From the human T2T-CHM13v2.0 reference genome, Homo sapiens, in NCBI RefSeq assembly GCF_009914755.1, contig NC_060937.1: 64,000 bases of DNA; one strand, given 5' to 3'. Each line of letters opens with the position of its first letter. Position 1 is the first letter of the stretch. Under the pieces are notes generated by a model. The model saw only the letters and a program-made list of their open reading frames with translations, was not told where the DNA came from and made no database searches. Both the position numbers and the translations under genes were made by a program. This document shows positions 1-13,546 of the stretch, piece by piece.

Positions 1-356
1 TGATGTTTAGGTGATCATTCTGTAAGTTCGATGAAAAAACATTGATTGCTTTAAAAGTTTCATTTGTGTTTTCTCTTATTTTTTTCCCTCTTCGTATATA
101 CTAGTAGAGTATATGAATGACTACCTTTTGGAGTCTGGACTTTTGGTCTAAGAACTTGCTCAGAGACAGGAAAATTTAGCAAGAAAAGTTAAGATTTTTA
201 ATGACTTTTACCTTTCCCATAAACTTAAAAGAAAGTCTACTTTTCACTTACAGAGTAATATGTGCTATCATTTATCTACAGTACTCACCTATATTTGAGC
301 TTGCAATTGGTTGCTAATCGACTGATCTTGTTGTTCATGGATTTTTTTTTTTTAAG

Positions 357-470
357 GTTTTGATAACATTGTACTGGCTGGGAAGAAAAGCACAAAGCAA
401 CCCGTACTATAATGGTCCCCATCTTAATTTGAAAGCGTTTGAGAATCTTTTAGGACAAGCACTGACGAAG
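357..470 (+). CDS. LMO7: LMO7 exon, C-terminal end of CH domain (VLITLYWLGRKAQSNPYYNGPHLNLKAFENLLGQALTK)
   Basis: poly-T tract+taag|GTT; AAG|gtaagt; 114 nt, phase 0/0. Confidence 0.93.
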
Positions 471-1809
471 GTAAGTAAACTACATCTGTGTGAGATTACT
501 GCTGTAATACAGTATCACTGCTTTCCCTTCCTCCTCTCTTCTTTTTCTTCTCCTTCTCCTCTATAACAAATATGGCAACTCCGACTCTCTTTGTCCTACT
601 ATCAATTGGGCTGAGTAAAGAGGAATGTTACTCATTTACTGGCTTTATATGCCACCACCAAGGAGTCAGTTGGGTCTATTCCAGAGCAATTTCCAAGGTA
701 GAGAAACTTGCTTACCTTTTAATTCTACATAATTTGATGACACATGCATTGGCTTCCTTCCTTACACACTTTATGTAGCTTAAGTATTGCTATACTCATC
801 GTAAACTCAACCTGTAGTAGAGAGGTGCTTCCTGGACTGTTCACGCGCATGGAATTTACTCAATTTCTTTGTAGTAATATGTTCTTGTCATAGATGATAG
901 TCTTTAATGCCCACACTTTCATATCCCCACAATTCTACCATGCCGCCTCTGTTTCCTAAAGAGTAGGACATGGTGTTAACTGGAACTTGATGTAAGGTTT
1001 TTAATTTAGAATCTTTTGTTTTATACACATTTCTAGTCATTCATATTTTGCAATCAATGTGACAGCCTTTTGAATGCTTGAGGATCATTTGCAGAGAGCC
1101 AAGTGCCAGGACTGACCGTAGTTCTGCCAAATCTTCATTTATAAGATCCACATGGGAAAAACGAATTTCTCTGGGTAGGGATATTTATTCAGGGAAATTT
1201 GTAGGACTCAGAAGAGCCCTTTTGTGTAGTCACAATGGTGTTTCATCATCTAATTAGTAGTCATTGTTTCATGGGTTTCTCTAATGGTTAAATGATACCA
1301 CACCAGTAAGGCATTTAGCATTAGCCTCTAGCACATTGTAAGGTTGCAATAAATATTAGTTGCTGTGATTGGAAGAAATTTTAGGCCAGGATGAACATGA
1401 TAACCTTGGCTTGCACCTACCCTGATCTTTAAATAATTTTGCCTGAGCCCAGCCACATGTATTATAGCAAGAGGTGGGATTATAGAGCCTAGAAGATACA
1501 GGTATTCCTGTTCACCCCCAAAATGTAAGGAGTCAATAACGCTGTATTCAAATTCCTTGAATAAGTTAATTCAGGAAATAGCTGAGATATTAACATGCAT
1601 ACACATAGTACTAAGTGTTAGGAAAACACTCATGAGAGACTACGTAACCTCATAAAGCACAATTGTCTAAGATAGGTGAGCATATTGGTCACTGCAATGA
1701 AGAATGGTGAGGCTTTAGTGGAGGAATTTCAGGGGGCTTTGAGCACAGGGAGAGCCTTGATTTACAGTTATTTCAGCTAACAAAACTTTTGATTAAAACC
1801 TATGTGGGG

Positions 1810-2096
1810 GGCTGGGCACAGTGGCTCATGCCTGTAATCCCAGCACTTTGGGAGGCTGAGACAGGCGGATCACCTGAAGTTGTGAGTTCGAGACCAGCCT
1901 GACCAACATGGAGAAACCTCATCTCTACTAAAAATACAAAATTAGCTGTGTGTGGTGATACATGCCTGTAATCCCAGCTACTCGGGAGGCCGAGGCAGGA
2001 GAGTCGCTTGAACCTGGGAGGCAGAGGTTGTGGTGAGCCAAGCCTGGGCAACAAGAGCAAAACTCCGTCTCAAAAACAAACAAACAAACAAAAAAC
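1810..2096 (+). mobile_element. AluS with ~20-nt deletion in right arm
   Basis: Alu consensus motifs, (CAAA)n tail, TSD-like aaaacc(t)atgtggg on both sides. Confidence 0.92.
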
Positions 2097-4404
2097 CATG
2101 TGGGACTTTGGCTTATGTACTAGGGCTGTCTTTGTAGCCTTTGGTCCTTTTAATGACAGTCTGACTCAGGTTGAATAATCCTAGTACAGTGTCTATGCCA
2201 GGAATGCTTTATCAAAGGCTGTTTCCTGTTACCAGTTTCAAAACCAGAGGAGGTAGTTGAAGACCTTATGGTGTATAAAACTAAGGTTGTGGTTCCATTC
2301 CATTATAATAAACTGGGGGTAGCTGTTAGAGGTATGTGACTATATCACATGTTTTGTATCAGTTCTATTAAAATCAAAACCAATGTGTTCATCAGGCATT
2401 TCCCATTTAACCAGATAATGCTTAAAAGCTAACATAAAATACCAATTAAACAATCGTTGGTGGAAGTTGTAGCACCTCAGTCAGTCATCTTGGAAGTTGG
2501 AGGTGACTCATTTTAATTGACTTGTCAGCGTGCCTCCTTAAAAGCCAGGCACCAGGGCCAAAGGTTATTTTATAACTGAAGTGGCTGTCATCAATAACTT
2601 TAACATTTATGAGGTCAAAAATCCATCTTGAGTGTTGAACTCTAAGGCCTTAACAAATACGTGTTTGAGAAACCTGACAGATCTAAACGCTTAAATTTAA
2701 AAAAATCTTTCTGTATTTTGAGAAGCATTTTGGCAGCACCAGCGCTAGGCCTGGCTTCCCCATCTGCTTGGAAGTAGCAGGATGTAAGGTAGGCACTTGC
2801 ATTTTCATGACAGGATGTCAACTCTAATGCCAGGGTGTCGGCATCTAAAGCACATGAAATCTCCTTGAAATCTACTAGACTTTATTGGTGCTCCAGACAC
2901 TTGTCAAACAATTGAATCATGAATTGACGGTATTAGATCAAAAGTATGCCTGAGACAGCTGCTAATTATTCACTGCAAACTCTTCAGCTTTTTCATATGT
3001 TGAAAATATTTATAATTAAAAGTTGAAAGAAGAGTACAACAAATACCCAGATATGCACCGTCTGGTTCAATTATTACAATTTTCCATACTGGCTTTATCT
3101 ACATATGTGTTTATCCATCCATCTATGTTTTTACTTAACCATTTTAATATAAACTGCAGATGTATTTCTCCCCCAAATACTCAGTATGCATCTCCTAAGA
3201 ATATGAATATTCTTCTATGTAGCTACAGTGTTTATTATACTTAAGAAAATTCAGATATTCCCCATTATCTAATATTCAGTTGACATTAAAACTTTCATGC
3301 TTGTCTCCAGCTACTTTTCACAGCACTTTTTATTTTGAATCATGACTTAATCAAGGTTCACATATGTTTGATTGTTAGTAATTACTAGGTTCTTTAAATT
3401 GTCTCTGTATTAGTAAGCTCATCTGAAAGTAACATTTCTGGTTTTTACTATGACAAAATTATCTTCACCATATTAAAAAATTATAGTTACGAGATATTCA
3501 TGATTACTATAAGTCAGGACTACACCATGGGCTTTGTAAATTTTACTCACATCCTAATGTTTAAAAAGCCAGGTTATATTTTGTCACTAACATTCACAGA
3601 AGAATGTTAGTTAAAAGTGCTTATCTTGAGTAAGTTCTATATAATTCACAAACCTACAGTTAACATCATTTGTGATGTTCCTGTGTGTCCTTTATATGAG
3701 CCAAACAAATATTTTATTTAGGTCCATAGAAAATAAGTTATATATGTCAGCAAACAAGTATGCTTCCCTTGATTCAACAAGAAGGATAAGCCAGCTGCCA
3801 GGACCTTAGAACTAGGTTGTGTAATTAGTAAAAGTGAATGAATTCTGTGAAATTTGTGCCCACTTGCTCCTTTTTATTTTTCTGGGGGGAGAGTTAACTA
3901 ACTTCAGTTGTTAAGGTTTTATGTTATATAAGCCATCACAAATATTTCCTGGAGATAGAGTGAATATAATCTTGCTGATTTATCTCCTTTTGGATGACTA
4001 AGTTAAGGTTAGTTTTTCTTTTTGACTCTTTTCACATTTATTGCTAGAGAACTGTAATAACTGAGTTTAGCATTTCAATGTTACTCTATGAACTTTCATT
4101 AAACTAGTAATTTTCCTTATTTTTAAATAGAACATATGTACTAGTTTATTAAATAATATTGAATATCTCCTTATTATTACTTTGAATATTGAATACCCCC
4201 TTATTGTATCAGTTGTGGGCAAACAATTACAAATTTATTTTCTGTTTTTCATCAGCTTTTTGCTGTGTCCGACAGAGAAACCTCATGCCTTACATGTCAA
4301 ATAAAACCCAACTTAAATTAGGCAAACAAGCAAGTAATAACCGATTGATTATATTTTTTGGAAGTTTATTTAACTTACTATTCTTTAAAAAACGTTTTCT
4401 TTAG

Positions 4405-4603
4405 GCACTCGAAGACTCCAGCTTCCTGAAAAGAAGTGGCAGGGACAGTGGCTACGGTGACATCTGGTGTCCTGAACGTGGAGAATTTCTTGCTCCTCCA
4501 AGGCACCATAAGAGAGAAGATTCCTTTGAAAGCTTGGACTCTTTGGGCTCGAGGTCATTGACAAGCTGCTCCTCTGATATCACGTTGAGAGGGGGGCGTG
4601 AAG
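4405..4603 (+). CDS. LMO7: LMO7 exon ([21 protein letters not shown]...[10 protein letters not shown])
   Basis: ctttag|GCA; GAAG|gtgtgt; 199 nt, phase 0/1; open frame (not in the ORF track because it lacks a start). Confidence 0.93.
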
Positions 4604-7600
4604 GTGTGTTGTGTTTTGGCTGTCAGTTTATTTGTTCACATATTAAGGGAGAACTGGGAACAGGAGAGAATAGAAAAATGGAGCAAAAACTAGGCAAAAA
4701 TTTCACTTAGAAGTGGATTTTCATAGAGACTGGAGTATAATTGGGGGTTTTGTTATTTTTTTCTCCTTCATGATGGTGATAGTTTCATTTTTGAAAAATT
4801 TCATTTCTGGAAAGGACTGAGAGGTGACAGTTAATTGTGGCCTGTTTTATCAGTGATAATCTATCCTGGCTCTTCTCTCTCCAGATTCAGGCTTAATTTG
4901 TGTTCAAGAGTTCTATAAACTGATATATCTAAACATAGAAAGGAATATAAGATTCTGCAAAAAAAAAAAAAAATCTTCTAGTTTCTGAGTAACTTTCATC
5001 CTTGGCTTTTTTCAAAAGATTAAAAAAACTCTCTTAAGCAAAAAAAGAAAAATATTTTTACAATTATTTCTATAGATGAGAAGAAATGATTGCTATCTAT
5101 CATGATAGAATATTATGTTAAACTTTGTAGATTGAGTAATATACCACCACCTAACATGCAGGTAGAAATCCTCTTTTGGTCCTTTCAGAGTCAGAGCTAA
5201 CCCAGGACAGAGCAAGTGTGAAAGGAACATGTTAGAGACATTCTGTTGCGGGAAGGAACCTTCTTTCAAAATCCCAAGCTTATGGTCAGTTCAGTTATTT
5301 CAATGCACATCTTATTCCTGTGGCTACTGGGTATAGCGTCAGCAATTTCTGAGTGTACATCTCCAGCTATTCAGATTTGACTAGATTGAAACCACAAGTG
5401 AAGTTTTTTTTTTGAAATATTTCTGTGCTTCTATCGACATCAATGTGAAAACATTGAGTTCTGGCTGTGATTTGTGCTTAATTGTTAGGGATTTTACATT
5501 GCTTGTGTATTTGGAATATTACTTTTCTATTTCTAGATATTTTTCCTAGCATATCTATGACAAAAATGTCAAAAATCAGCAAACTTAAAATAATTGTACA
5601 GCGAACACACATGTATTCGCTGCCTAATTCCACCATGATGTTTTACTATGCATGCTTTATCTTATACTCATCTCTCTCTCCTCTCTCTTTCTCTTTCTCC
5701 CTCCCTCCTTTCTCTATTATAATTTAGTCATCTTATTTTTTGAGGCATTTCAGAATATATCACACTTGTCCTAAATACTTCAGTATGAACATCATTAACT
5801 AGAATTTATTCTTTGTTTTACTTCTGATGTGAAACTTATATAAATACAACATGCTATGAATTTGTTTTCCAAAAAACCAATCAACAATTTATTAAGCATG
5901 GTAACAAAAAACCTGAAGGCTTTATCTTTTAGAGTAGTAGTTTTTAAAAATAAAAAATGTGAAACGCTATTTCAGCATTAACCTTTATAATTACTGCCAC
6001 ACGTATTGGCTGTTTGCTGTCAAGGTGTGACATTTTCATAGCCCAGATGACGATTCCAATACGTTTAAGGAAATGAATCTGAGTATGTGATTCATCTGAG
6101 TGGTTAAAGCTGTAAAAGCAGAGGCTGAAATTCTGAACCCGCTGTATTTCTTTTCCCTTACTGAAGAACCTACTCCATGTAATGACAGAATTTATATCTA
6201 GTCAAGGAATAAAAGGGGAAGGGATAGAGGGCATGTGGGAATATGCAGGCTTCAGTCAGTTCAGATGCAGTGGCCCACCCAGCGGTGTGGAATCTAAGTC
6301 GTCTTCTCAGATCCTTGTTGGAATGGGCACCTGTCCATGTAACCAAAAGCAGAAGGCCACTGTCACATCCCTTTCTGATCTTGGAAATGGGGCTGCAGAC
6401 CTTGTTTAAAGAGTGCGTAAGTGAAGTCTTGGAAATTACAACTAAGCGGGGAAAAAAAGCCTGGGATGGAGGCACCAGGCCGATAAAGCTCTTTTGTGAT
6501 CAGTGTGTTAAAATTCTACTGCTACTCTCTAGATTGTAGTCCTAAATTGATGAGCACTATAATGTAGGGTAATATTTTTAGGATAACAGAATTGCAATGT
6601 CACATTCTCTAGTTTTACGTGAAAACTCATATCAAGAATGATACTTTGGGGGAAAAAATTCTCTGCAGGACACCGTACTGGGCTAAAAAATACTTTTTCT
6701 TAAAAGTTAAAAAGTAAAATAGTCTCTTTATGACTTTAAAATTCCACATGTATGGATTTCGGCAGGAGTAATTGATATACTTATTGGAAATGAGAAATAA
6801 ATGTCTGATTTTTTAGAAGGTGGTAAAAAGAAAGCACCAGTTTATTGACTACTACTCCTCATGGTCACAGCTGCGTTTACTTTCCCTCTTTTGCCAAGAC
6901 TCTACTCTCCTTTTACTCTGTCCCTGTCTCATAGCTGTATGTTAAGCGACTTCCTGTAGACTGTTCTCAGTGTTATTTACTGTAGCTTCCTGCCAGGCAG
7001 GAGGGAGGGGAAGAGACTGCATTTAACTCAGGTTAACCCTGCAGGTGCTCTACCTGCTGAGAGCTTGTAGCTGTCAGGCACTGTGCACAGCCAGGCCTGG
7101 AGAGAACCCTGGTGAGAAGCAAGTAACATTTCCAAACCTTTACAAGTGCACAGGAGGCAGGAAGAGAAGGGTGTGAAAGAGGGACAGCTTGGCTTGGATC
7201 TGTAGTGTTGTTCTCCCCCCTTTTCTTCCTTTGTCTTTAAAAGAGTAGATTCATTCTTCTTCTTTTAAGAAAGCAGATTACTATTTGTATCTATCTGACC
7301 TTGAGGAGTATCAAAGGGTGTTCTTTTGAATTTGTGTTTAAATGATTTTGAATCATAATACAGCGTTCCCAATATAATTTCCATGGCCACTCTGAAGAAA
7401 CTGTGAGTTCTGTGCTCTCATTTGGGCATAAGACTTCAGATTCCTTTGGAACTTTAGAAGTCATCCAGTCCAGCCTCATATCTAATGTGTGATTCTGGTT
7501 TATAGAATCTATCCAGACCCTTTACAAGCTTGTTTTTTTTTTTCTTCTCTTTCTACATCCTTCCTGATCTCTCTCCTCACATATATTATAGATAGCTGCA

Positions 7601-8005
7601 TGCCTTATTTTAAATTACTGAGTTCTCCCAGAATTATTTTTGCATGTTGTTTTAAGTATCTGTGACTCCATTGCTAGATTTTATTTCTATGTATTACATC
7701 AACAAATCTTATGGAAAATCATGGAGGAAGAGATTGAGAAAAAAGGGGCTCACTAGTAAAATAGGACTTATTCTTCTTAGAGCCTACAGCAGCAAAAGAA
7801 TGTACTGCATGTGCCTCCAGTATGCAAAGCAAGTTCCTCCTAATGGATCTTATCACAACTTCGTGACAAATTTCTAAAAATATTCCCTGCAGTTAGCAGT
7901 GGCAGCACTGGGTTTCTAAGGGAAAGACAAAGCAGGCGCGCTGTGTGGGTTTCAGTTAGGCGAATAATCTGGAGAGTAAAGCAAATTCTTGTGCCTTCTT
8001 TATAG

Positions 8006-8258
8006 GTTTTGAAAGTGACACAGATTCGGAATTTACATTCAAGATGCAGGATTATAATAAAGATGATATGTCGTATCGAAGGATTTCGGCTGTTGAGCCA
8101 AAGACTGCGTTACCCTTCAATCGTTTTTTACCCAACAAAAGTAGACAGCCATCCTATGTACCAGCACCTCTGAGAAAGAAAAAGCCAGACAAACATGAGG
8201 ATAACAGAAGAAGTTGGGCAAGCCCGGTTTATACAGAAGCAGATGGAACATTTTCAAG
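8006..8258 (+). CDS. LMO7: LMO7 exon ([26 protein letters not shown]...EADGTFS)
   Basis: tttatag|GT; AAG|gtactg; 253 nt, phase 1/2; contains ORF 8044. Confidence 0.95.
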
Positions 8259-8582
8259 GTACTGAGATGGGTGTGATTATTGAGTTTCGTATGCTTTTCG
8301 AATATGGTAGGATGTTATATGTGGTAAAAAGAATGGCTCTTAAATGTGTTTCATAGATCATATATTAAGCTTGACTAGTGAGAATATTTTTCATCCCTCT
8401 ATTTTTAGTTATACATATCTTGAAGCCATTTCTTCTGTTTTAGAATGTCAGCATATGATTTGCTAGGTCTTTTTTTAGATGCATGACTTCAGTTTATTGG
8501 TATTTTTCAGCTTACCAGATAATTTGTATTGTTCATGATGAGCCATGCCATGTAATGTTTTTCCTTTTTTGATTGATCTTAG

Positions 8583-8867
8583 TGGACATGAAAAGAATCC
8601 TTTAATTTCTCAGCAAATTAGCAGAACAGAGTGTGGTTTTGCAAATCCAGCTTCCTCTCATGGGGAGGCGTACGGTTTTGAAAGTGGTTCGGACTCTGAG
8701 GATGAACGAAGGTTTCCTGACATAGTTTTGGATGACTTAGCCAACCGTAGATTCCAAGTGAAAAAGAGGCCCCAGAATTTCATCTCGAAAATCACCTATC
8801 CTAATTCTTGTCCGCAAATATTTTCTCCTGCTGATATGTTTGCCATGGGGCTATATGGACTGACGAG
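8583..8867 (+). CDS. LMO7: Putative LMO7 cassette exon (SGHEKNPLIS...FPDIVLDDLANRRF...GLT)
   Basis: pyrimidine tract+cttag|T; GAG|gtcaga; 285 nt, phase 2/2; open frame carrying the LMO7 DD-xx-RR motif. Confidence 0.65.
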
Positions 8868-9195
8868 GTCAGAAATACTTGTCCTGGATCTGGCTGTCTA
8901 TTATGCTGCTGATTTTAATTCAGAAAGTAACACCCCAAATTGTTTGTTATGTGCCTCTTCCTTTTAACACAGCTTCTAATGAAGTATCTTTGGCCCGTGT
9001 GTATCTAGCTATCCTTGAGTTAAAATGAGATGCTGTTATAATAACTTTGTCCTAGGAGCTGTGGTGGTGATGAGAATGGAAACTAATTTGCTTTGTTCAC
9101 AGTGGTGTAAACTTTGTGAACCAGAAAGCATGCCATTTGTGTTCTGTGTCACAAATGCTCATACAGTGTCTTAACCGGTTGGATGTTTTGAACAG

Positions 9196-9477
9196 TAATC
9201 AGAGGAGGATTTGGGGCACCAATGTGGAGAACTGGCCAACTGTACAAGGAACTTCAAAGTCCTCTTGTTATTTGGAAGAGGAAAAAGCAAAGACAAGAAG
9301 CATACCCAACATTGTAAAGGATGATCTTTATGTGCGCAAGCTCAGTCCAGTCATGCCAAACCCAGGGAATGCTTTTGATCAGTTTCTTCCCAAATGTTGG
9401 ACCCCAGAAGATGTGAACTGGAAAAGAATAAAAAGGGAAACTTATAAGCCATGGTATAAAGAATTTCAGGGATTCAG
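9196..9477 (+). CDS. LMO7: LMO7 cassette exon (SNQRRIWGTNVENW...WYKEFQGF)
   Basis: aacag|T; CAG|gtttgt; 282 nt, phase 2/2. Confidence 0.9.
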
Positions 9478-9774
9478 GTTTGTCGTTGTGCATGTTTCTG
9501 TCACACCAGTGTTCATTCAGTACCCCAGCTGGGGTTCTATGTGCATGTTTTTTATAATAATAAGAGAGACAGAGAAAGTCTAATTAGTTCTCTAGTATCT
9601 GCGGAACCTATATAATGGAAATGAATTTCTGTTTAAATTTAAACCTGAGGATCTAGATCTTAAAAAGCCCTGTTCTATACATAGTCATAGCACGGCATTA
9701 TTTTTAGTAGTTCTGTTTTTCTCCAATTCTTTGTCTCATTCCCTCTTCCCTTCTTTTCTTCATGTCACTCACAG

Positions 9775-9978
9775 TAGAAGGAATTCAGACTCTGAGGATG
9801 AGGACTCAGGTTCTGACAGAAGCGCCACCGTTTTTAGTAGAGCACAAAAAGCAGAGCATAGGCTAGACGGCAACTGCCAAAGACCTTCACTCTTGCTGGA
9901 ATTAGCTACCAAACGGGCTGTAAAATCACCGGACTCCCATGCAGCCAGGAGAAGCAGTAGTGCTTCGGATGAGCCCAG
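9775..9978 (+). CDS. LMO7: Putative LMO7 cassette exon (SRRNSDSEDEDSGSDRS...SASDEP)
   Basis: long pyrimidine tract+cacag|T; CAG|gtgccc; 204 nt, phase 2/2; open frame. Confidence 0.65.
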
Positions 9979-10555
9979 GTGCCCCTGTCTGCATGAGCCT
10001 GCCTGCTGCGGGTCTGGCCTCAGACAACCCTCTGCCTGCTTCTGCTGCTCCATTAGCCTGGGACCTGATTGCACTGAATCAGGAAACCTGACTCACTTAG
10101 TGGACTTAGTACAAAAGCGTAATGTATAACACGCTGCTTTCTGTGCAACTACATCAGCTTGGAAGTCTGTAGGATTCAACATTCTTCTTTAGCACAATAA
10201 TGTGTGAGACAGGATATATTTACATGTGGCAGTTCTTTTGAAAAGCCGGTTCAAAAAGGCTTGTTAGAAAGTTTACCTAATTTCACGGTTTTGTTGTGTG
10301 TGGAGATGTGGAAAAAGGAAATAACTTTCAGGTGGAGACTGGGAAGGGCAAGTCTAGGGAAAATGCAAAGGGAAGATTCCTTGAGCTCTTTTATAAAACT
10401 TCAGAGCAATTTATTTTCCCTTTTTCCTGCTGATTACATATACCTATTGCATAAAGTGCATGATGCACAACTTGTGAAACTTTCAAAGATTATTCCTTCT
10501 TCTTCAGGGGACACTTAGGCCACTGTGGCAAATGGAATGAGAAAGGGATACCAGG

Positions 10556-10867
<312 letters not shown>

Positions 10868-11196
10868 CAGGGTACCAGGGAGTGGCTTTTGTGTGTGCCT
10901 GGGAGGGGTACCTAGTCCATGCTCCAGCCCCATCCGTGGCCTCCATGGTGCCCAACTTTCCTGAGAAGTATGCTCTGCTCTTATTTCTTTAGGGATTATC
11001 CAGGAAAGTCATGGGTGTTGGATTAAATGCTAGTCTGTTTTCCTAGCAAGAGTCCCCACAATGGTCCTCTAAAATGATTTACCCTCAGTAACTGGCTAGT
11101 TGGTCTGCTAATCACCTTTGGCTAGTCGATCTGCTAATTACCTTTTCTCCCTAAGCTTAATAAGATTCTCTTTCCTTTTTCCTCTCTGTGCATCAG

Positions 11197-11916
11197 TCAG
11201 TTTTTACTGCTTCAGGCCCTCCAAACATACTCTGATGACATCTTGTCTTCTGAAACACATACCAAAATTGATCCCACTTCTGGCCCAAGGCTCATAACCC
11301 GCAGGAAGAATCTCTCTTATGCACCAGGCTATAGAAGAGATGACCTCGAGATGGCAGCCCTGGATCCTGACTTAGAGAATGATGATTTCTTTGTCAGAAA
11401 GACTGGGGCTTTCCATGCAAATCCATATGTTCTCCGAGCTTTTGAAGACTTTAGAAAGTTCTCTGAGCAAGATGATTCTGTAGAGCGAGATATAATTTTA
11501 CAGTGTAGAGAAGGTGAACTTGTACTTCCGGATTTGGAAAAAGATGATATGATTGTTCGCCGAATTCCAGCACAGAAGAAAGAAGTGCCGCTGTCTGGGG
11601 CCCCAGATAGATACCACCCAGTCCCTTTTCCCGAACCCTGGACTCTTCCTCCAGAAATTCAAGCAAAATTTCTCTGTGTACTTGAAAGGACATGCCCATC
11701 CAAAGAAAAAAGTAATAGCTGTAGAATATTAGTTCCTTCATATCGGCAGAAGAAAGATGACATGCTGACACGTAAGATTCAGTCCTGGAAACTGGGAACT
11801 ACCGTGCCTCCCATCAGTTTCACCCCTGGCCCCTGCAGTGAGGCTGACTTGAAGAGATGGGAGGCCATCCGGGAGGCCAGCAGACTTAGGCACAAGAAAA
11901 GGCTGATGGTGGAGAG
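11197..11916 (+). CDS. LMO7: LMO7 large cassette exon (SQFLLLQALQTY...KKRLMVE), DUF4757 region
   Basis: catcag|T; GAG|gtcaga; 720 nt, phase 2/2; ORF 11243. Confidence 0.92.
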
Positions 11917-12870
11917 GTCAGAGTGTGTTTCTGCAAGGATTTTGCTTGTAATGGATGGTCTTGTGTAACTTTTCTCATGCGAGAAAGCAGCTCATCGTGT
12001 TGCTCAACTCTGCATGTCGCGTGCCATTTTGAAGCATCCCGTAAAATTTAATTTGCTTTGAAAAACCCTCAGTCGTTTTGTACAAAAAGTGCAATTCCAT
12101 ATTTGCATATCTCTAAATAACTTATTTAGGCCTGTTTAAGACTGTATATACATAAACCTTGCCTTTGACTTAAGCAGTACTGTGGTACTATCCACCAATA
12201 TGAAGTTTCTGGACTTCTCATGTTCAGGCATTTTTGTAACAGTCTGGTTATAGTTTGGTTTTATGTGTTGCTCACATTTTAGAGTGTCTGATTTTTTTGG
12301 GGGGGTGAAATTTTCCCTTAAAATATGGCATTGCAAATTTCATTTAACTTAATTTTTGGTTTTGGCCTAGGTTTCTTGGACTATCATTTGTAACTTATTT
12401 TTATTTATGAAGTTCAGAGTAAACGTTGATGTTAAAATGCATGAATGGTATTTGTTGTCTGCTGAATTTTATGTGTATGTAATCATGGCCATTTTGATAG
12501 TTTGTATTATGCAACTTGCCTTTTTGATGAATGTTCAGTTTGTGGAACTTAGAGATGGACAAATCTGATTAGGTTGAATAAAATTAGAGGATCCAAATCT
12601 AACTTAACAGTTCCTGACAATGGGAAGCCTTTTCATATGGATTTGTTAGCTCAGAGTAAATTGAGGAAATTCTTCATTTTGCTTAATCTGAATTTCCTGA
12701 GATAGGAAATTGATGAGAACTTGAGACATGATCAAGAATGTGATGGAAGAAGTGACCTTTTGAGATTTGTCCGTCTCCAGTTAGATTCTTAAGTGGAAGA
12801 CATTGAACGTTTAGAAACTAATATGACTGGGAAAAATGACTTTTTAATTTTTGGTTTTCTGGTTTCTTAG

Positions 12871-12900
12871 ACTCTTTCAAAAGATTTATGGTGAGAATGG
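12871..12900 (+). CDS. LMO7: LMO7 30-nt microexon (RLFQKIYGENG)
   Basis: tttcttag|A; TGG|gtaagt; phase 2/2. Confidence 0.9.
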
Positions 12901-13546
12901 GTAAGTTGTGTGGTTCACAGTAAAAAATCTGTGCGTGTTGTTTGTTCTTTGTATAACTTACTGTATTTCTGGCATGGCATGTCACTAAATGGGGTTGTTG
13001 TGTGCTGTGCATGATATTTTTTAAGTGGGAAATGTTTATCTTGCAACCTAATGGTAATATTTCTGTGTCTTGGTGCCCAGTGCAAGATAAAATTATTTGT
13101 TTTATTAAAAATTTAAACTTCAGCTTCATCCCTTCTTTTTTCCTTTTTAAAAATTTAATGAGTTGATTAAAAGTCACAAAAGCACTTGCCTAAGATTAGG
13201 TATATGTATTTTGGTATTTGGTTGCTACATAGACTAAAATTCTGATTTATGGATGCTAAAGCCCAAATTACTACATTTTAGAAAATCTGTGATGGAAAAA
13301 GAATATTAGCATTTACTTCAAGTTTAGAATACACCCAGTTGACATTATCCTATAATCGGCCAACTGGGAGCTTCGTTAGTAGGGATGCATTAAACTTCCC
13401 TAGGTGGTATTTGGAAGTATTATATTTTCAAGATTCCTGATTAGGAAAAAAAAGTTATAACATGGCTATATTTATAGTGCAAAATAGACCTTCAAAAACT
13501 GCAAAAATATTTTTAATTTCTAATATCACTGTTGCAAAAACTACAT

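Noticed and set aside
1800-2060. Alu-derived ORFs (also 10504, 10725, 13462, 24428, 47971, 48273, 50507, 53677)
   Set aside because: These are translations of Alu sequence, not genes
7000-7130. GC-richer block with CTG|gtgaga, a possible alternative first exon
   Set aside because: No CpG island or clear core promoter; a donor-like match alone is not enough evidence
9769-10074. Minus-strand ORFs over exons (also 9254, 11451, 27277, 44123, 56927)
   Set aside because: These are antisense shadows of LMO7 coding exons with no independent support
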